From positions 25,546,001 to 25,610,000 of the forward strand of contig CM075988.1 in assembly GCA_038087875.1 (NCBI GenBank): DNA of 64,000 bases, written 5' to 3'. The position numbers were made by a program, and so were the translations under genes. Shown in pieces: positions 62,947-64,000 of the stretch (within the stretch, counting starts at the first letter, position 1; the number at the start of each line of letters is the position of its first letter). The notes under the pieces are model-generated. The model saw nothing but the letters and a program-made list of their open reading frames with translations, had not been told where the DNA came from and made no database searches. The stretch comes from Malacoraja senta (taxonomy: Eukaryota).

Positions 62947-63181
62947 TTCAGAGAGTGTTAAACTGTTGGAACAGCAATGCAGGGAGGAATCTGCATTCTT
63001 ACAGGAGCAGTGAGAAGTGTAGGAAGGAACTGCAGATGCTGGTCTACACTGAAGATAGACACAGAATGCTGGAGAAACTCAGCGCGGCAGGCAGCTTTGA
63101 GGAAGGGTCTTGACACCGAAAACGTCACCTCTCGTAACTCAGTGGGACAGGCAGCGGCATCTCTGGAGAGAAGGAATGGGT

Positions 63182-63209
63182 GACGTTTCGGGTCGAGACC
63201 CTTCTTCAG
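63182..63209 (-). ncRNA. Minimal hammerhead-ribozyme-like core in a Penelope-derived repeat
   Basis: The minus strand reads CUGAAGA-A-GGG-UCUCGA-CCC-GAAA-CG-UC, with conserved core boxes and a palindromic ACGU. Helix I pairing is weak. Confidence 0.55.
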
Positions 63210-63605
63210 AACTGTGTCTACTACTGTCAGCAGGACTGATGGAGTACAGCACAGAAGTTTGATGGGTGACATGCCGATTCCACGCAGACCTCTGCGGAAG
63301 GGGATGTGATGATGAGCTTTCATTGTGATTGCATCAACGTGCTGGGCCCACCAGGGATCATCAGTGAAGTGTACACAGAGGAACAACGCCGTTTAACTCT
63401 CTAGGACTGAGGCAACATGAGGAACTGAGGCCATGGTTACATCAGTCCTGGTCTTGAATAATGGAGCAGTCGAGGTGCAGAATGACTTGCCTCTGCCTCT
63501 GTTTTTAAATTTCTATCTTCAGCTTAGCTTAGAGTTACAGTGAGGAAACAGGCCCTTCGGCCCATCGAGTCGACACCGTCCAGCGATCCCCGCATATTAC
63601 CACTA

Positions 63606-63685
<80 letters not shown>

Positions 63686-64000
63686 GGGACAATTTACAAT
63701 TTTACTGAAGCCAATTAAGCTACAACCCTGCACGTCTTTGGAGTGAGGGAGGAAACCGGAGATCTCGGAGAAAACCCATGCGGGCCACGATGAGAACGTA
63801 CAAACTCTTTGTTTGTACGTGCTCATCGAGTTTGTACGTTCTCATTCCTCCCGCAGTCAGGATCGAACCTGGGTCTCCGGCGCTGTAAGGCAGCAACTCT
63901 ACCGCTGCACCACCGTGCTGTGTTTATATGTAAAGCTGATGAATCCATCATACGAGCTTTTTGCTTTGATATTTTCGACACTCAAAGACAATAAAATAAT

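Overview
Vertebrate genomic DNA, very probably from a cartilaginous fish (shark, skate or ray). This is inferred from the dense CR1/HER1-type LINEs, HE1/MER6-like V-SINEs and Penelope-derived repeats. Two host genes lie tail-to-tail. On +, the last six coding exons of ARCN1 (coatomer delta, 1092-10129) splice in frame with GT-AG sites. On -, an interleukin-18-like IL-1-family gene appears only as fragments in the ORF track. It has three well-supported mature-domain exons (26749-26600, 24359-24202, 15078-14812) and two phase-compatible candidate pro-peptide exons beyond a 200-N gap (37800-37790, 36447-36356), giving a 225-aa precursor. Its predicted maturation site is DESD|F, a DxxD motif, where human IL-18 has LESD|Y. 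It also has a C-terminal extension, and its last intron holds an inverted, diverged relic of its own last exon. The rest is mostly transposable elements: a full-length CR1 with an esterase ORF1, L2, Rex1/Babar, Penelope fragments and hairpin derivatives with minimal hammerhead cores, a hAT relic and a MITE. There is also a TA-flanked DD35E IS630/Tc1/mariner element whose transposase has two spliceosomal introns and a 1.2-kb coding minisatellite. Other structure includes a 2.1-kb (CTCTGT)n flanked by a 10-bp direct repeat and a ~3.3-kb tandem duplication with insertions specific to one copy. All homology calls come from remembered family motifs; no database search was run.
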